DNA of 64,000 nucleotides from an uncultured Alphaproteobacteria bacterium. Lineage in GTDB: Bacteria; Pseudomonadota; Alphaproteobacteria; Rhizobiales; Xanthobacteraceae. Location: contig CAVZJE010000013.1 of NCBI GenBank assembly GCA_963775545.1, positions 313,028-377,027 on the forward strand, written 5' to 3'. Of this stretch, positions 10,719 to 19,898 are shown in pieces; position 1 is the first letter of the stretch; each line of letters opens with the position of its first letter. The translations under genes were made by a program, and so were the position numbers. The notes under the pieces are model-generated. The model was given only the letters and a program-made list of their open reading frames with translations, was not told the DNA's origin and did not search any database.

Positions 10719-10719
10719 G

Positions 10720-11355
10720 CTACTTTTCCAATTGCCGCTGCAATTCCCGAACAAATGTCGTCAACCCGGTACGGCGTTCACGCTTGAGACGTTCTGCCTT
10801 CAGGATCGATTGAACCTCGGCGAAGGCCTCGTCGACGTCGTGATTGATGACGATGTAGTCGTATTCCGCCCAGTGACTGAGCTCATGCGAAGCGCGGCTC
10901 ATGCGAGAGCGTATGACCGTATCGCTGTCCTGGGCTCGACTATGCAGTCGCTTCTCCAGATCAGCCGCCGACGGCGGTAAAATAAACACACTCACCACAT
11001 CCGCCCGCGCTTTCTCGCGCAGCTGCTGCGTACCCTGCCAGTCGATGTCGAACAACACGTCCTGGCCCGCCGACAAGGCCGCTTCGACTGCCGCCCGCGG
11101 CGTACCATAGCTATTGTCGAATACGATCGCCCACTCGAGCAGTTCGTTGCGGTGGACCATCTCCTTGAAACGGGGCTGATCGACGAACAGATAGTCGCGA
11201 CCGTCGACTTCCCCCGGCCGCATCGAGCGAGTCGTCGCCGATACCGACATTTTCAGGCCAGCGGTCCGCTCGATCAGCAGACGCGACAGCGTCGTCTTGC
11301 CCGCGCCCGAAGGCGAGGACAGGACGAACATCAATCCGCGCCTTTCAACCGACAT
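10720..11355 (-). CDS. gmk: Guanylate kinase
   Basis: 211 aa with P-loop SSPSGAGKTT and a typical Gmk body. Confidence 0.9.
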   Translation of the reverse strand: MSVERRGLMFVLSSPSGAGKTTLSRLLIERTAGLKMSVSATTRSMRPGEVDGRDYLFVDQPRFKEMVHRNELLEWAIVFDNSYGTPRAAVEAALSAGQDVLFDIDWQGTQQLREKARADVVSVFILPPSAADLEKRLHSRAQDSDTVIRSRMSRASHELSHWAEYDYIVINHDVDEAFAEVQSILKAERLKRERRTGLTTFVRELQRQLEK

Positions 11356-11380
11356 CGCCGTGCCCTCGATCCGCCATGCG

Positions 11381-12268
11381 TCACTCCAAATTCTGCACCT
11401 GTTCGCGGAATTGCTCCACCACGTTCTTCATTCCAAGCCCGGTATTGGTCAATTCGATATCGTTGGACTTCGAGCAACACGTATTGACCTCACGATTGAA
11501 TTCCTGCGCAAGGAAGTCGAGGCGGCGGCCGACTGGCCCGCCCTTCGCAATCATTTCGCGTGCCTGAGCGACATGGGATGCGATGCGATCGAGTTCTTCG
11601 CGAATGTCGGCTTTTGCTGCGATCAAAACCGCTTCCTGGTTCAGACGGTCGGGATCGAAACGGTCGGAGGTCTCCAGCAGCGCGGCAATCTGTTCGGCAA
11701 GGCGCGCCTTGACCGCGTCCGGCTTGCGTCCCGGCGCCGCCTCCGCCTTCTTCGCCAGCCGCTCGATCTCATCCATTCGCTGCAACAGTATCTGCCCTAA
11801 CGTTGCGCCCTCGCGCCCGCGCATGTCGATCAGATGAGCGAGCGCCTGATCGAAGGCTGCGGCTGCTGCAGCCTTGGCGGCATTATCTTCCGCTTCATCG
11901 CTTTCTGGCTCGACCACCTCGATCACGCCCTTGATCGAGAGCAACCCGTCGATACTGGGCGCCACTGCATCGATCTTGCTGGCGAGCGCTCCGGCGACGC
12001 GCACGATCGAGGCCAGAACGTCTTCGTTGACACGAACCGTCGACAACGCGTTGACACGCTTCACGTTGAAATTGGCGTACACCGTGCCCCGCGACAGCAC
12101 CTCGGTGGCACGCTTTTTGGCGAAAGCCTCCAGTTCGTCCCACCCGGGCGGCAGCCGCACGCGAAGGTCCAGCCCCTTGGCATTGACCGACTTCAGTTCC
12201 CATTCGAACGTATAAGGCCCGCTGGCGCCATGGCTGCGGGCAAAGCCGGTCATACTCGACAGGACCAT
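11381..12268 (-). CDS. yicC: YicC family stress-induced protein
   Basis: ORF 11381..12322. The family N-terminus MVLSSMTGFAR begins at ATG 12268, and the C-terminal helical region is conserved. yicC-gmk adjacency is common. Confidence 0.8.
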   Translation of the reverse strand: MVLSSMTGFARSHGASGPYTFEWELKSVNAKGLDLRVRLPPGWDELEAFAKKRATEVLSRGTVYANFNVKRVNALSTVRVNEDVLASIVRVAGALASKIDAVAPSIDGLLSIKGVIEVVEPESDEAEDNAAKAAAAAAFDQALAHLIDMRGREGATLGQILLQRMDEIERLAKKAEAAPGRKPDAVKARLAEQIAALLETSDRFDPDRLNQEAVLIAAKADIREELDRIASHVAQAREMIAKGGPVGRRLDFLAQEFNREVNTCCSKSNDIELTNTGLGMKNVVEQFREQVQNLE

Positions 12269-12370
12269 CGCGTTGGGTTCTCCGGACGAAACGAGGGCCA
12301 GGGATTCGCTGGCGGAATACAAAGCTTAGCGCGTCTCCGGCTAAAGTGGAATTTGCGCGCTGCGGAATTA

Positions 12371-12396
12371 CATTTCGATGGAGAGCCATCGAAATG
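12371..12396 (-). terminator. Perfect 11-bp stem hairpin downstream of mltG (possible terminator)
   Basis: CATTTCGATGG agag CCATCGAAATG, 26 nt past the mltG stop. On the minus strand it is followed only by TAATT, so the U-tract is weak. Confidence 0.35.
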
Positions 12397-12421
12397 CGAT
12401 CACGCCCGGTTTATCTGTCCG

Positions 12422-13681
12422 CTACTGCTGGACCACCGGGGAAGGTGCTGACGATTGCGACGTGCCTTGCCGGGGCGAAGACCGCGCCGGCCTCTTGGCC
12501 GGAGCCGGCTTGGCCGGCGCGGCGGGCGGGCCCGAATCCGCCGACGCGTTGGCCGCGGCCGGCGGCGGGGGCTCGTCCGCCGGTTCAACCGTATCGTTCT
12601 GGATCTGCTTTTCCATCGCCCGGAGTTTGGCGACGTTTTTCTGATGTTGATCGTAGGAGTCGCTGAAGGCGTGGCCTCCGGTGCCATCGGCAACAAAGAA
12701 CAAGTCACGCGTTCGCGCAGGATTGGCGGCGGCCTCCAGGGAAGCACGGCCCGGATTGGCGATCGGCCCAGGCGGCAATCCCTCCACCACATAGGTGTTG
12801 TAGGGTGAAGGCTGCTGGATTTCGCTCCGCTTGATCGGCCGACCCAACGTTCCCTTGCCGCCGACCAGCCCGTAAATAATCGTCGGGTCCGACTGCAACT
12901 TGATTTTCTGCCGCAGCCGATTGACGAACACCGCGGCAACCCGGCTGCGTTCATCGGCCTTGCCGGTTTCCTTTTCCACGATCGAAGCCAGGGTCACCAA
13001 CTGCTCCGGCGTTCTAATCGGAATATCGGGATTGCGACGCTCCCAAATATCGGCAAGCACGCGCTTCTGTGCCTGCTGCATGCGCGCGATGACCTGCTCT
13101 CTGGGGGTCCCGCGCGGAAATTTATAGGTTTCAGGGAGGAGCGTGCCTTCCCGCGGTATCTCGCGTACGGATCCTGAGAAAATATCGTTGTCGGAAAGCC
13201 GGGCGACGATTTGTTCGGAGGTCAATCCTTCGGGGACGGTGATGGAATGCTGAACCACCTTGCCATCGACGATGGTGCTGATGACATCTCTCAGGCTGGC
13301 ATTCTTCTGAAACTGGTACTCGCCGGGCTTGAGATCAGAACGCGCTCTGAGCGCAAATACGCTACCGATAAATGCCCAGCGATTGTTGTCGATGACCCCT
13401 TCGCGCTGCAAGATATCGGCAATATCGGTCACGCCGGCTCGCGACGGAATGTTGACGACTTTGTCCTCCTGCAAGGGACCTGGCGCCTCGATCTTCTGCT
13501 TGCCGTAGATATACGTGCCGCCGGCGGCGATCATCAGAAACAGAATCAGCGTGATGATGGCGTTGCCGACCACGATGAACGGATTGCGGGCGCGTTCAGA
13601 GCGCTTGGGCGGCGGCGGAACCTGCTCGGGCTCCAGCGCGGCGCGCGGACTCCTTGGCGAAATGGGCGGCCTTTCACTCAT
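12422..13681 (-). CDS. mltG: Endolytic murein transglycosylase MltG (YceG-like) with a Pro/Ala-rich C-terminal tail
   Basis: 419 aa. N-terminal TM FIVVGNAIITLILFLMIAAGGTYIY, then a YceG-like body. The last ~60 aa are low complexity (PPPPAAANASADSGPPAAPAKPAPAK...). Confidence 0.85.
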   Translation of the reverse strand: MSERPPISPRSPRAALEPEQVPPPPKRSERARNPFIVVGNAIITLILFLMIAAGGTYIYGKQKIEAPGPLQEDKVVNIPSRAGVTDIADILQREGVIDNNRWAFIGSVFALRARSDLKPGEYQFQKNASLRDVISTIVDGKVVQHSITVPEGLTSEQIVARLSDNDIFSGSVREIPREGTLLPETYKFPRGTPREQVIARMQQAQKRVLADIWERRNPDIPIRTPEQLVTLASIVEKETGKADERSRVAAVFVNRLRQKIKLQSDPTIIYGLVGGKGTLGRPIKRSEIQQPSPYNTYVVEGLPPGPIANPGRASLEAAANPARTRDLFFVADGTGGHAFSDSYDQHQKNVAKLRAMEKQIQNDTVEPADEPPPPAAANASADSGPPAAPAKPAPAKRPARSSPRQGTSQSSAPSPVVQQ

Positions 13682-13872
13682 CGATGCAACCTGAATCCCG
13701 TCGGTTCAATCGTGGCCTGCACAACTACGTCGGCCGGTGGTCTCGCCCACATCTAGGAATTATCACCGAATACGGCGAAACGGTGAACTTCTACACAATA
13801 GGTCACGCGCGGCTGGGTTGATTTTAGCATTCGCATGCGCCTGTGTTGATCAGGTTCCGAAGCTTCGCCGCT

Positions 13873-15138
13873 TTAGTCGGTCACGCGTCGCAGAATCACC
13901 GACGCGTTTGTACCTCCGAAACCGAATGAATTCGATAGCACGACATTGATTTCGCGCTCACGCGGCGTTTTCGGAACGAGATCGATTGCGGTTTCCACCG
14001 ACGGATTGTCGAGATTGATCGTCGGCGGGGCGATGTTATCGCAAATCGCGAGAATACTAAAAATCGCTTCGATCGCGCCGGCTGCGCCGAGCAGGTGTCC
14101 CGTGCACGACTTGGTCGACGACATGGAGACCCTTGAGGCCGCATTGCCGAGCAGGCGTTCCACGGCTCCCAGCTCGATTTCATCACCGACCTGCGTCGAG
14201 GTGCCGTGAGCGTTGATATAGTCAATGTCGGAGGCTGAAATTCCGGCGCGCTTCAGCGCCGCGCTCATGCTGCGAAAGGCACCGTCGCCGTCCGGTGATG
14301 GCGAGGTGATATGATAGGCATCGCCGGATAGCCCGTAGCCCACCACCTCGGCATAAATCTTGGCACCGCGCTTTTTCGCATGCTCGAACTCCTCGAGCAC
14401 AACGATGCCGGCCCCCTCGCCCATCACAAAGCCGTCGCGGTCCTTGTCGTAGGGGCGCGAAGCTTTTTCAGGGGTTTCGTTGAAGCCCGTCGACAGCGCA
14501 CGTGCCGCGCAAAATCCCGCCATCCCCAATCGACAAATCGGCAATTCCGTGCCGCCGGCCACCATGACATCGGCATCCCCCAACGCAATCAGCCGACTGG
14601 CATCGCCAATCGCATGCGCGCCTGTCGAGCAGGCCGTGACGACGGAGTGATTGGGGCCCTTGAGACCGTGCTCGATCGACACGTAGCCGGAGGCGAGATT
14701 GATCAGGCGGCCGGGAATGAAGAACGGCGACACCTTGCGCGGCCCACGCTCCTTCAAGAGGATCGAGGTATCCGCAATACCCGACAGGCCGCCGATACCG
14801 GAACCGATCATGGTGCCGGTGGCACACTTGTCTTCCTCGCTTGCAGGATGCCAGTTGGCGTCATCGAGCGCCTGGCGTGCCGCGCCCATCGCAAAAATGA
14901 TGAAGTCGTCGACCTTACGCTGGTCTTTCGGCTCCATCCACTGATCGGCGTTGAAGGTGCCGCCAGAGCCGTCACCGCGAGGCACCACGCATGCGATCCG
15001 ACTGGTAAGATCGGAAACCTCGAAGGTCTCGATCTTCCGCGCGCCGCTTTCGCTGTTCAGGATACGCTTCCAGGTCGGCTCGATGCCACAGCCAAGCGGC
15101 GAGACCATGCCCAGGCCCGTGACGACAACCCGCCTCAT
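13873..15138 (-). CDS. fabF: 3-oxoacyl-ACP synthase II
   Basis: 421 aa starting MRRVVVTGLGMVSPLG, with active-site context ACSTGAHAIGDA and HGTSTQVGD. Confidence 0.95.
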   Translation of the reverse strand: MRRVVVTGLGMVSPLGCGIEPTWKRILNSESGARKIETFEVSDLTSRIACVVPRGDGSGGTFNADQWMEPKDQRKVDDFIIFAMGAARQALDDANWHPASEEDKCATGTMIGSGIGGLSGIADTSILLKERGPRKVSPFFIPGRLINLASGYVSIEHGLKGPNHSVVTACSTGAHAIGDASRLIALGDADVMVAGGTELPICRLGMAGFCAARALSTGFNETPEKASRPYDKDRDGFVMGEGAGIVVLEEFEHAKKRGAKIYAEVVGYGLSGDAYHITSPSPDGDGAFRSMSAALKRAGISASDIDYINAHGTSTQVGDEIELGAVERLLGNAASRVSMSSTKSCTGHLLGAAGAIEAIFSILAICDNIAPPTINLDNPSVETAIDLVPKTPREREINVVLSNSFGFGGTNASVILRRVTD

Positions 15139-15235
15139 CTAGTTACTCCAGCCCGCAATTCGCGGTCCCCGGCAACAGGCGGCGGGACCGCGAGGCCACG
15201 GTCCCTTTCCGTCTTTGTGAGTTCCGCCCGGGGCG

Positions 15236-15475
15236 TCAGCTCTTCGCGTTCTTTTCCAGAAATTTAGTCGCATCGCCGACGGTTAAAATCGTCTCCGCGG
15301 CATCGTCGGGAATTTCACAACCGAATTCTTCTTCAAAAGCCATCACGAGCTCGACCGTATCGAGACTGTCGGCGCCGAGGTCATCAATAAAGCTCGCGTT
15401 GTCGACCACTTTTTCGGGTTCGACACCAAGGTGCTCAACCACGATTTTCTTAACCCGCTCGCCAATCTCACTCAT
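15236..15475 (-). CDS. acpP: Acyl carrier protein
   Basis: 79 aa with the phosphopantetheine site [19 protein letters not shown]. Confidence 0.95.
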   Translation of the reverse strand: MSEIGERVKKIVVEHLGVEPEKVVDNASFIDDLGADSLDTVELVMAFEEEFGCEIPDDAAETILTVGDATKFLEKNAKS

Positions 15476-15762
15476 CGCTCAACCTCGTGCTGTTCTATTG
15501 GACCGACCCAAGACGTACGAGCCATCGTGGTCGTGAATTTCATTCGCATTCGCGCGCAGTCTTGAGGCCCGTCACGGCCGACACGGACCCAGCGCACGAT
15601 GACAGGCTCCGCACCGCCAATATACAGGGTTTCAATATCCTGCAATGGTGTTCTTTGCCCCTCATCGGGGTTCGGTTACCACACTTCCAAAGCCTTGACT
15701 ACAAGCCTCGATTGCCCGCCCCAGGCGGCGTTTCGCCCCCGCCACAAGGACCAGCCTCGGCC

Positions 15763-16503
15763 TTAAATCATGGCCATCCCGCCGTTGACGTGAATGGTCT
15801 GCCCGGTCACATACGCCGCTTCATTCGAGCTCAGATAAACTGCCGCAGCCGCGATGTCGTCCGGTGTACCAAGCCGCGCCGCCGGAACCTTTGAGAGAAC
15901 GGCTTCGCGTTGCTTTTCGTTAAGCGCATCGGTCATGGGCGTGGCGATGAAGCCCGGCGCGATGCAGTTGGCGGTGACATTGCGCCGGGCATATTCGGCG
16001 CCAAGCGTCTTGATCATCCCGATCAGACCGGCCTTCGAGGCCGTGTAGTTGCCTTGGCCAGGATTGCCGGTGACGCCGACCACCGACGTGACGGCGATGA
16101 TCCGGCCGAAGCGCTTGCGCATCATCAGCTTGGTTGCGGCGCGGGCGAGACGGAAGGTTGCGGTCAGGTTGACGTTGATCACCTGGTCCCAGTCCTCATC
16201 ACGCAACTGCACAAAAAGATTGTCGCGTGTGATGCCGGCATTGGCGACGAGAATCTCCACCTGCCCCATGGCCTTCTCGGCCGACGGAACAAGCGCCTCG
16301 ACCTCGGCCGCATCGGAGAGATTACAGGGCAGCACATGGACCCGCTCGCCAAGCTTGCCGGCAAGCGTTTCCAATGCCTCGCGACGGGTCCCCGAAATGG
16401 CCACCGTAGCGCCTTGCCGGTGCAGGGCCTGCGCGATCGCGCCGCCGATGCCGCCGCTTGCGCCCGTGACCAGCGCGGTCCGGCCGGTGAGATCGAACAT
16501 CAT
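15763..16503 (-). CDS. fabG: 3-oxoacyl-ACP reductase
   Basis: ORF 15763..16536. The track's upstream extension begins inside repeat locus B. ATG 16503 or 16500 (MMFDLTGRTALVTGASGGIG) has GGGAGAAGAA just upstream. Confidence 0.9.
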   Translation of the reverse strand: MMFDLTGRTALVTGASGGIGGAIAQALHRQGATVAISGTRREALETLAGKLGERVHVLPCNLSDAAEVEALVPSAEKAMGQVEILVANAGITRDNLFVQLRDEDWDQVINVNLTATFRLARAATKLMMRKRFGRIIAVTSVVGVTGNPGQGNYTASKAGLIGMIKTLGAEYARRNVTANCIAPGFIATPMTDALNEKQREAVLSKVPAARLGTPDDIAAAAVYLSSNEAAYVTGQTIHVNGGMAMI

Positions 16504-16519
16504 TTCTTCTCCCAACTCA

Positions 16520-16672
16520 TGACATTCGCTCCCCATTTAACCGCAGTCTCGCAAACGAATGTCAAATCCGAAGCTCCACTAGAAACCCATATTTTTGCTA
16601 GTGGTCTAATGATTCTAACATTCGCAAAGTCCGCGCTGAGAAGGGATGCGAATGTGAGAATCAGACCACTAG
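16520..16672. repeat. CTAG-capped hairpin doublet, locus B (between fabD and fabG)
   Basis: TGACATTCG 16520-16528 pairs with CGAATGTCA 16556-16564, closing CACTAG 16577-16582. Spacer aaacccatatttttg. CTAGTG 16598-16603, with arm GGTCTaatGATTCTAACATTCGCA pairing TGCGAATGTGAGAATCAGACC, closing CACTAG 16667-16672. Confidence 0.8.
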
Positions 16673-17608
16673 CGCGTCTTTCGCCGAACCGATATCGCCG
16701 GGCCCGCCGACCGAAACGCCGACAGCGCCCTCGGCGATCCGTTTGACCAGACCGCTCAGCACCTTGCCGGCGCCGATTTCAAAAAAACGCGTTACGCCAT
16801 GATTGGCCATATAAGCCACCAACTCGCGCCAGCGTACCGTGCCGGTGACCTGTTCGACCAGCCGCCGCCGGATCTCGTCCGGCTCCGTAATAGGCGCCGC
16901 CAACACATTCGACACCAGGGGCGCGGCCGGCGGCTTGATGGTAACGCCGGCAAGCGCTTCCGCCATCGCATCGGCCGCCGGCTGCATCAGCCGGCAATGA
17001 AACGGCGCGGACACCGGCAGCAGCATCGCACGCCTGGCACCTTTTGTTTTCGCGATCTCGACCGCACGCTCGACCGCGGCTTTGTCGCCGGAAACGACAA
17101 CCTGGCCACCGCCATTGTCGTTGGCGGCCTGGCAGACCTGTCCTTGAGCGGCTTCATCTGCAATGGCAACCGCGGCCTCGTAGTCCAGACCGAGCAAGGC
17201 GGCCATGGCGCCGACCCCGACCGGAACGGCCTTCTGCATCGCCAGGCCACGAATGCGGAGCAAGCGCGCGGTGTCGCTGATAGCCAGGCTCCCGGCCGCA
17301 GCCAGCGCGGAATATTCTCCGAGCGAGTGTCCCGCAACGAAAGCGGCGTTTTTGGCAACGGAAAACCCAGCCTCACTTTCCAGCACCCGCATCGTTGCCA
17401 ATGAGACCGTCATCAGCGCCGGCTGAGCATTTTCGGTGAGTTGCAATTTCTCAGCCGGACCGTCCCAGATAATAGCCGTCAGCTTTTCGCCGAGTGCCGC
17501 ATCGACCTCGTCGAACACCGCACGCGCCGCCGGAAAAGCCTCCGCCAGCGCCTTGCCCATGCCGACGGCCTGGGAACCCTGACCCGGAAAGGTGAATGCT
17601 GCCGTCAT
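16661..17608 (-). CDS. fabD: Malonyl-CoA:ACP transacylase
   Basis: ORF 16661..17722. The family N-terminus MTAAFTFPGQGSQAVGMG starts at ATG 17608 with GGGGAG upstream. Active site GHSLGEYSAL. The last codons and the stop lie inside repeat locus B. Confidence 0.9.
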   Translation of the reverse strand: MTAAFTFPGQGSQAVGMGKALAEAFPAARAVFDEVDAALGEKLTAIIWDGPAEKLQLTENAQPALMTVSLATMRVLESEAGFSVAKNAAFVAGHSLGEYSALAAAGSLAISDTARLLRIRGLAMQKAVPVGVGAMAALLGLDYEAAVAIADEAAQGQVCQAANDNGGGQVVVSGDKAAVERAVEIAKTKGARRAMLLPVSAPFHCRLMQPAADAMAEALAGVTIKPPAAPLVSNVLAAPITEPDEIRRRLVEQVTGTVRWRELVAYMANHGVTRFFEIGAGKVLSGLVKRIAEGAVGVSVGGPGDIGSAKDALVV

Positions 17609-17629
17609 GAGTGCTCCCCAGACATCGAT

Positions 17630-17669
17630 TTTCCTGCGGACGCTTTCGCGAAAGCGAAAAGGCAGGAAA
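17630..17669. promoter_or_regulatory. Nested palindrome in the fabD 5' region (operator or leader hairpin candidate)
   Basis: TTTCCTGC 17630-17637 pairs with GCAGGAAA 17662-17669. These flank the perfect 16-bp palindrome CGCTTTCGCGAAAGCG at 17641-17656. The structure lies 22-61 nt upstream of the fabD ATG. Confidence 0.3.
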
Positions 17670-18060
17670 TATACATATTTTTCAATATCTTGCGAGAATA
17701 TCCGGAACCAGGTTCGCGTCAAGCCGCCAATCGCGCCCGCAAGTCGGGCCGAAAGACACCGCTCAAGGCGCCTATGTCAAGCGCAGACGCTTTCCCAGCG
17801 TCTAGGCGATCTACTGGCCGCCCCAAGGCTTTCCCTTGCCAGTACGGCCAAAATGCTTATAACGCGGCCATCCGTGGGTCCCTGGCCGGGAGCTGAACGG
17901 ACGGTCTCAGCAATTTCACCTTTTCCCGGTGTTTTGATGCGGCAGGGCCAGTCGGCCCGTCGTCCCGTGCTTCCGCCTTCTTGAGCTTATCCCGAGTCCT
18001 TTCCGAAGGGTTCGAAGGGCTTGCCGCCGGCGACCTACGCCAACACAGGAAAGGACATCC

Positions 18061-18531
18061 ATGCCTCTTTATGAGCATGTTTTTCTCGCGCGTCAGGACG
18101 CGAGCACCCAGCAGGTCGAAGAACTGACCACCCAGATGACCGGCATCGTCGAACAGGCCGGTGGCAAGGTCACCAAGACCGAGAACTGGGGCGTGCGTTC
18201 GCTGACCTATCGCATGAGCAAGAATCGCAAGGCGCATTTCGTGCTGCTCAATATCGACGCGCCGTCGGCCGCGGTTGCGGAGATCGAGCGTCAGGAGCGG
18301 ATCAGCGAAGACGTGATCCGTTACCTGAGCGTTCGTGTCGAAGAGCTTGAAGAGGGCCCGTCGGCGATGATGCGCAAGGCCGATCGCGACCGCGAACGCG
18401 ACGACCGGGGCGGTGGTTTCCGTGGTGATCGCGACGGCGGCGGCTTCCGTGGCGATCGTGACGGCGGCTTCCGCGGCGATCGCGGCCCGCGCCGCCCCCG
18501 CGATGACGTCGAAGCGACGGGAGAGGAGTAA
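18061..18531 (+). CDS. rpsF: 30S ribosomal protein S6 with a repetitive Arg/Gly/Asp C-terminal tail
   Basis: 156 aa starting [13 protein letters not shown], with GGAAAGGA as SD before the ATG. Confidence 0.95.
   Translation: MPLYEHVFLARQDASTQQVEELTTQMTGIVEQAGGKVTKTENWGVRSLTYRMSKNRKAHFVLLNIDAPSAAVAEIERQERISEDVIRYLSVRVEELEEGPSAMMRKADRDRERDDRGGGFRGDRDGGGFRGDRDGGFRGDRGPRRPRDDVEATGEE
18409..18486 (+). repeat. In-frame tandem repeat (27+27+24 nt) inside rpsF
   Basis: Encodes GGGFRGDRD at 18409-18435, GGGFRGDRD at 18436-18462 and GGFRGDRG at 18463-18486. Confidence 0.7.
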
Positions 18532-18536
18532 GAACC

Positions 18537-18776
18537 ATGGCCGAAGCTGGTGCACGCCGTCCGTTTTTCCGCCGCCGCAAGACCTGCCCGTTTACAGGTC
18601 CGAACGCGCCGAAGATCGACTACAAGGATTCCAAGCTGTTGATGCGTTACGTCTCCGAGCGCGGCAAGATCGTGCCGAGCCGCATCACTGCCGTTTCCGC
18701 CAAGAAGCAGCGCGAACTCGCGCGCGCCATCAAGCGCTCCCGTTTCCTCGGTCTGCTTCCCTACGTTATTCGCTAA
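18537..18776 (+). CDS. rpsR: 30S ribosomal protein S18
   Basis: 79 aa, [12 protein letters not shown]...[23 protein letters not shown]. Confidence 0.95.
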   Translation: MAEAGARRPFFRRRKTCPFTGPNAPKIDYKDSKLLMRYVSERGKIVPSRITAVSAKKQRELARAIKRSRFLGLLPYVIR

Positions 18777-18780
18777 TCAC

Positions 18781-18812
18781 TTCGGTCCGCGGCGCTAACG
18801 CTGCGGACCGAA
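18781..18812 (+). terminator. Hairpin after rpsR (attenuator/terminator candidate)
   Basis: TTCGGTCCGC 18781-18790 pairs with GCGGACCGAA 18803-18812, followed by ttattcat. Confidence 0.4.
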
Positions 18813-18840
18813 TTATTCATAAGGCTTCCGGGTCGTCCGG

Positions 18841-19851
18841 TTGCCGATGGTTGGGGTCGAAAAGACCTCTAACCGCTCGAAGGGGGCGGGACAGCTGATG
18901 ATCGCGACCATATCCATGGCATTGGCGGCTGGCCTCGCGTCGGCATTGATGTTCGCCTCGATCACGTCGGGCGCACCGATAGCACTATTGCTGATCAACC
19001 TCGCGCCGTTGCCGCTGATGGTGGTGGGGGTGGTATGGGGCCCATTAAGCGCAGCCATCGGCGGGATCGCGGCGATGACCGTCATCGCATCCCTCTTTAG
19101 CCTTCCCTACTCCGGGATGTTTGCGGTGGTGAATGCCCTGCCGGCCTGGTGGCTGGCGCATCTCGTCCTGCTCGCGCGCCCGCTGCCGAAGGAAGCCGCC
19201 GTCGCAAATCCAGATGCCCCGCTGGAATGGTATCCGGTCGGCCGGATCCTGCTCTGGATCGTCGTTTTTGCAACGATCATCACGGCGACCACGCTGCTGA
19301 TGATGGGCACCGATGCTGCAACCATCCAGAACACCATTCGCAAGGGCTGGAGCGATGTTCTGGAATCGACAGGCCTGACACTCAACAATTCCACGCTCGA
19401 TGCGCTGGTGATGATCGCGCCAATTGGCGCGGAAATGGCTGCTGTCGCCATGCTGACACTCAACCTGTGGCTTGCGGCCAAAATCGCCGCGACGTCGGGA
19501 CGACTGCACCGACCGTGGCCGGATCTGAAAAATACGACGCTGCCGACCGTGATGATCGCGGCGCTCCTTGCTGCCATCGTTTGTTGTTTTTCCGGCGGTC
19601 TGCCGGGGATTTTGGCGCAGGTGGTGACCGCCGGCCTGTCGATGGCCTACGCCCTGACCGGCTTTGCCGTGCTGCACACCCTCACACTGGCTATGAAGAG
19701 CCGCCCGTTGTGGCTTGGCTGCGCCTACGCCGTGGTCGCGGGCTTCGCCTGGGCTCTGTTGGCAGTCGCCCTGCTTGGACTAGCTGACGCCGTCTTCGGG
19801 CTCCGCGAGCGCTATTTGCGCAGCAGGCCACCGCCGCTGCCCAAGTCATGA
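18841..19851 (+). CDS. Polytopic membrane protein (DUF2232-like) between rpsR and rplI
   Basis: 336-aa ORF with many TM helices. ATG 18898 (MIATISMALAAG) is an alternative start. As I recall, a membrane protein at this position in the rpsF-rpsR-rplI cluster is typical of Alphaproteobacteria. Confidence 0.65.
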   Translation: MPMVGVEKTSNRSKGAGQLMIATISMALAAGLASALMFASITSGAPIALLLINLAPLPLMVVGVVWGPLSAAIGGIAAMTVIASLFSLPYSGMFAVVNALPAWWLAHLVLLARPLPKEAAVANPDAPLEWYPVGRILLWIVVFATIITATTLLMMGTDAATIQNTIRKGWSDVLESTGLTLNNSTLDALVMIAPIGAEMAAVAMLTLNLWLAAKIAATSGRLHRPWPDLKNTTLPTVMIAALLAAIVCCFSGGLPGILAQVVTAGLSMAYALTGFAVLHTLTLAMKSRPLWLGCAYAVVAGFAWALLAVALLGLADAVFGLRERYLRSRPPPLPKS

Positions 19852-19898
19852 TCCTGAACTCACTTTTCAACCCCGAATAACCTGAAAGGAAAACGAAT

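Noticed and set aside
16504-16536. N-terminal extensions offered by the ORF track for fabG, fabD (to 17722), dnaB (23865), the sulfite dehydrogenase (31035), der (39292), prfC (44858), the M20 hydrolase (54445), rsmA (7381) and others.
   Set aside because: The extensions lack family similarity, often run through repeats or the upstream gene, and internal starts with SD-like sequences reproduce the canonical family N-termini.
18008-18019. GGGTTCGAAGGG resembling a tRNA T-arm in the fabD-rpsF spacer.
   Set aside because: No acceptor or anticodon stems can be drawn around it. It more likely belongs to the rpsF 5' leader. A ribosomal-protein S6/S18 autoregulatory leader is possible there, but I cannot verify it by eye.
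17857-18555. 232-aa ORF antisense to rpsF with repetitive AIA/ATE-type stretches.
   Set aside because: It is the reverse-frame image of the S6 tandem repeat and the upstream leader. rpsF on the plus strand is unambiguous.
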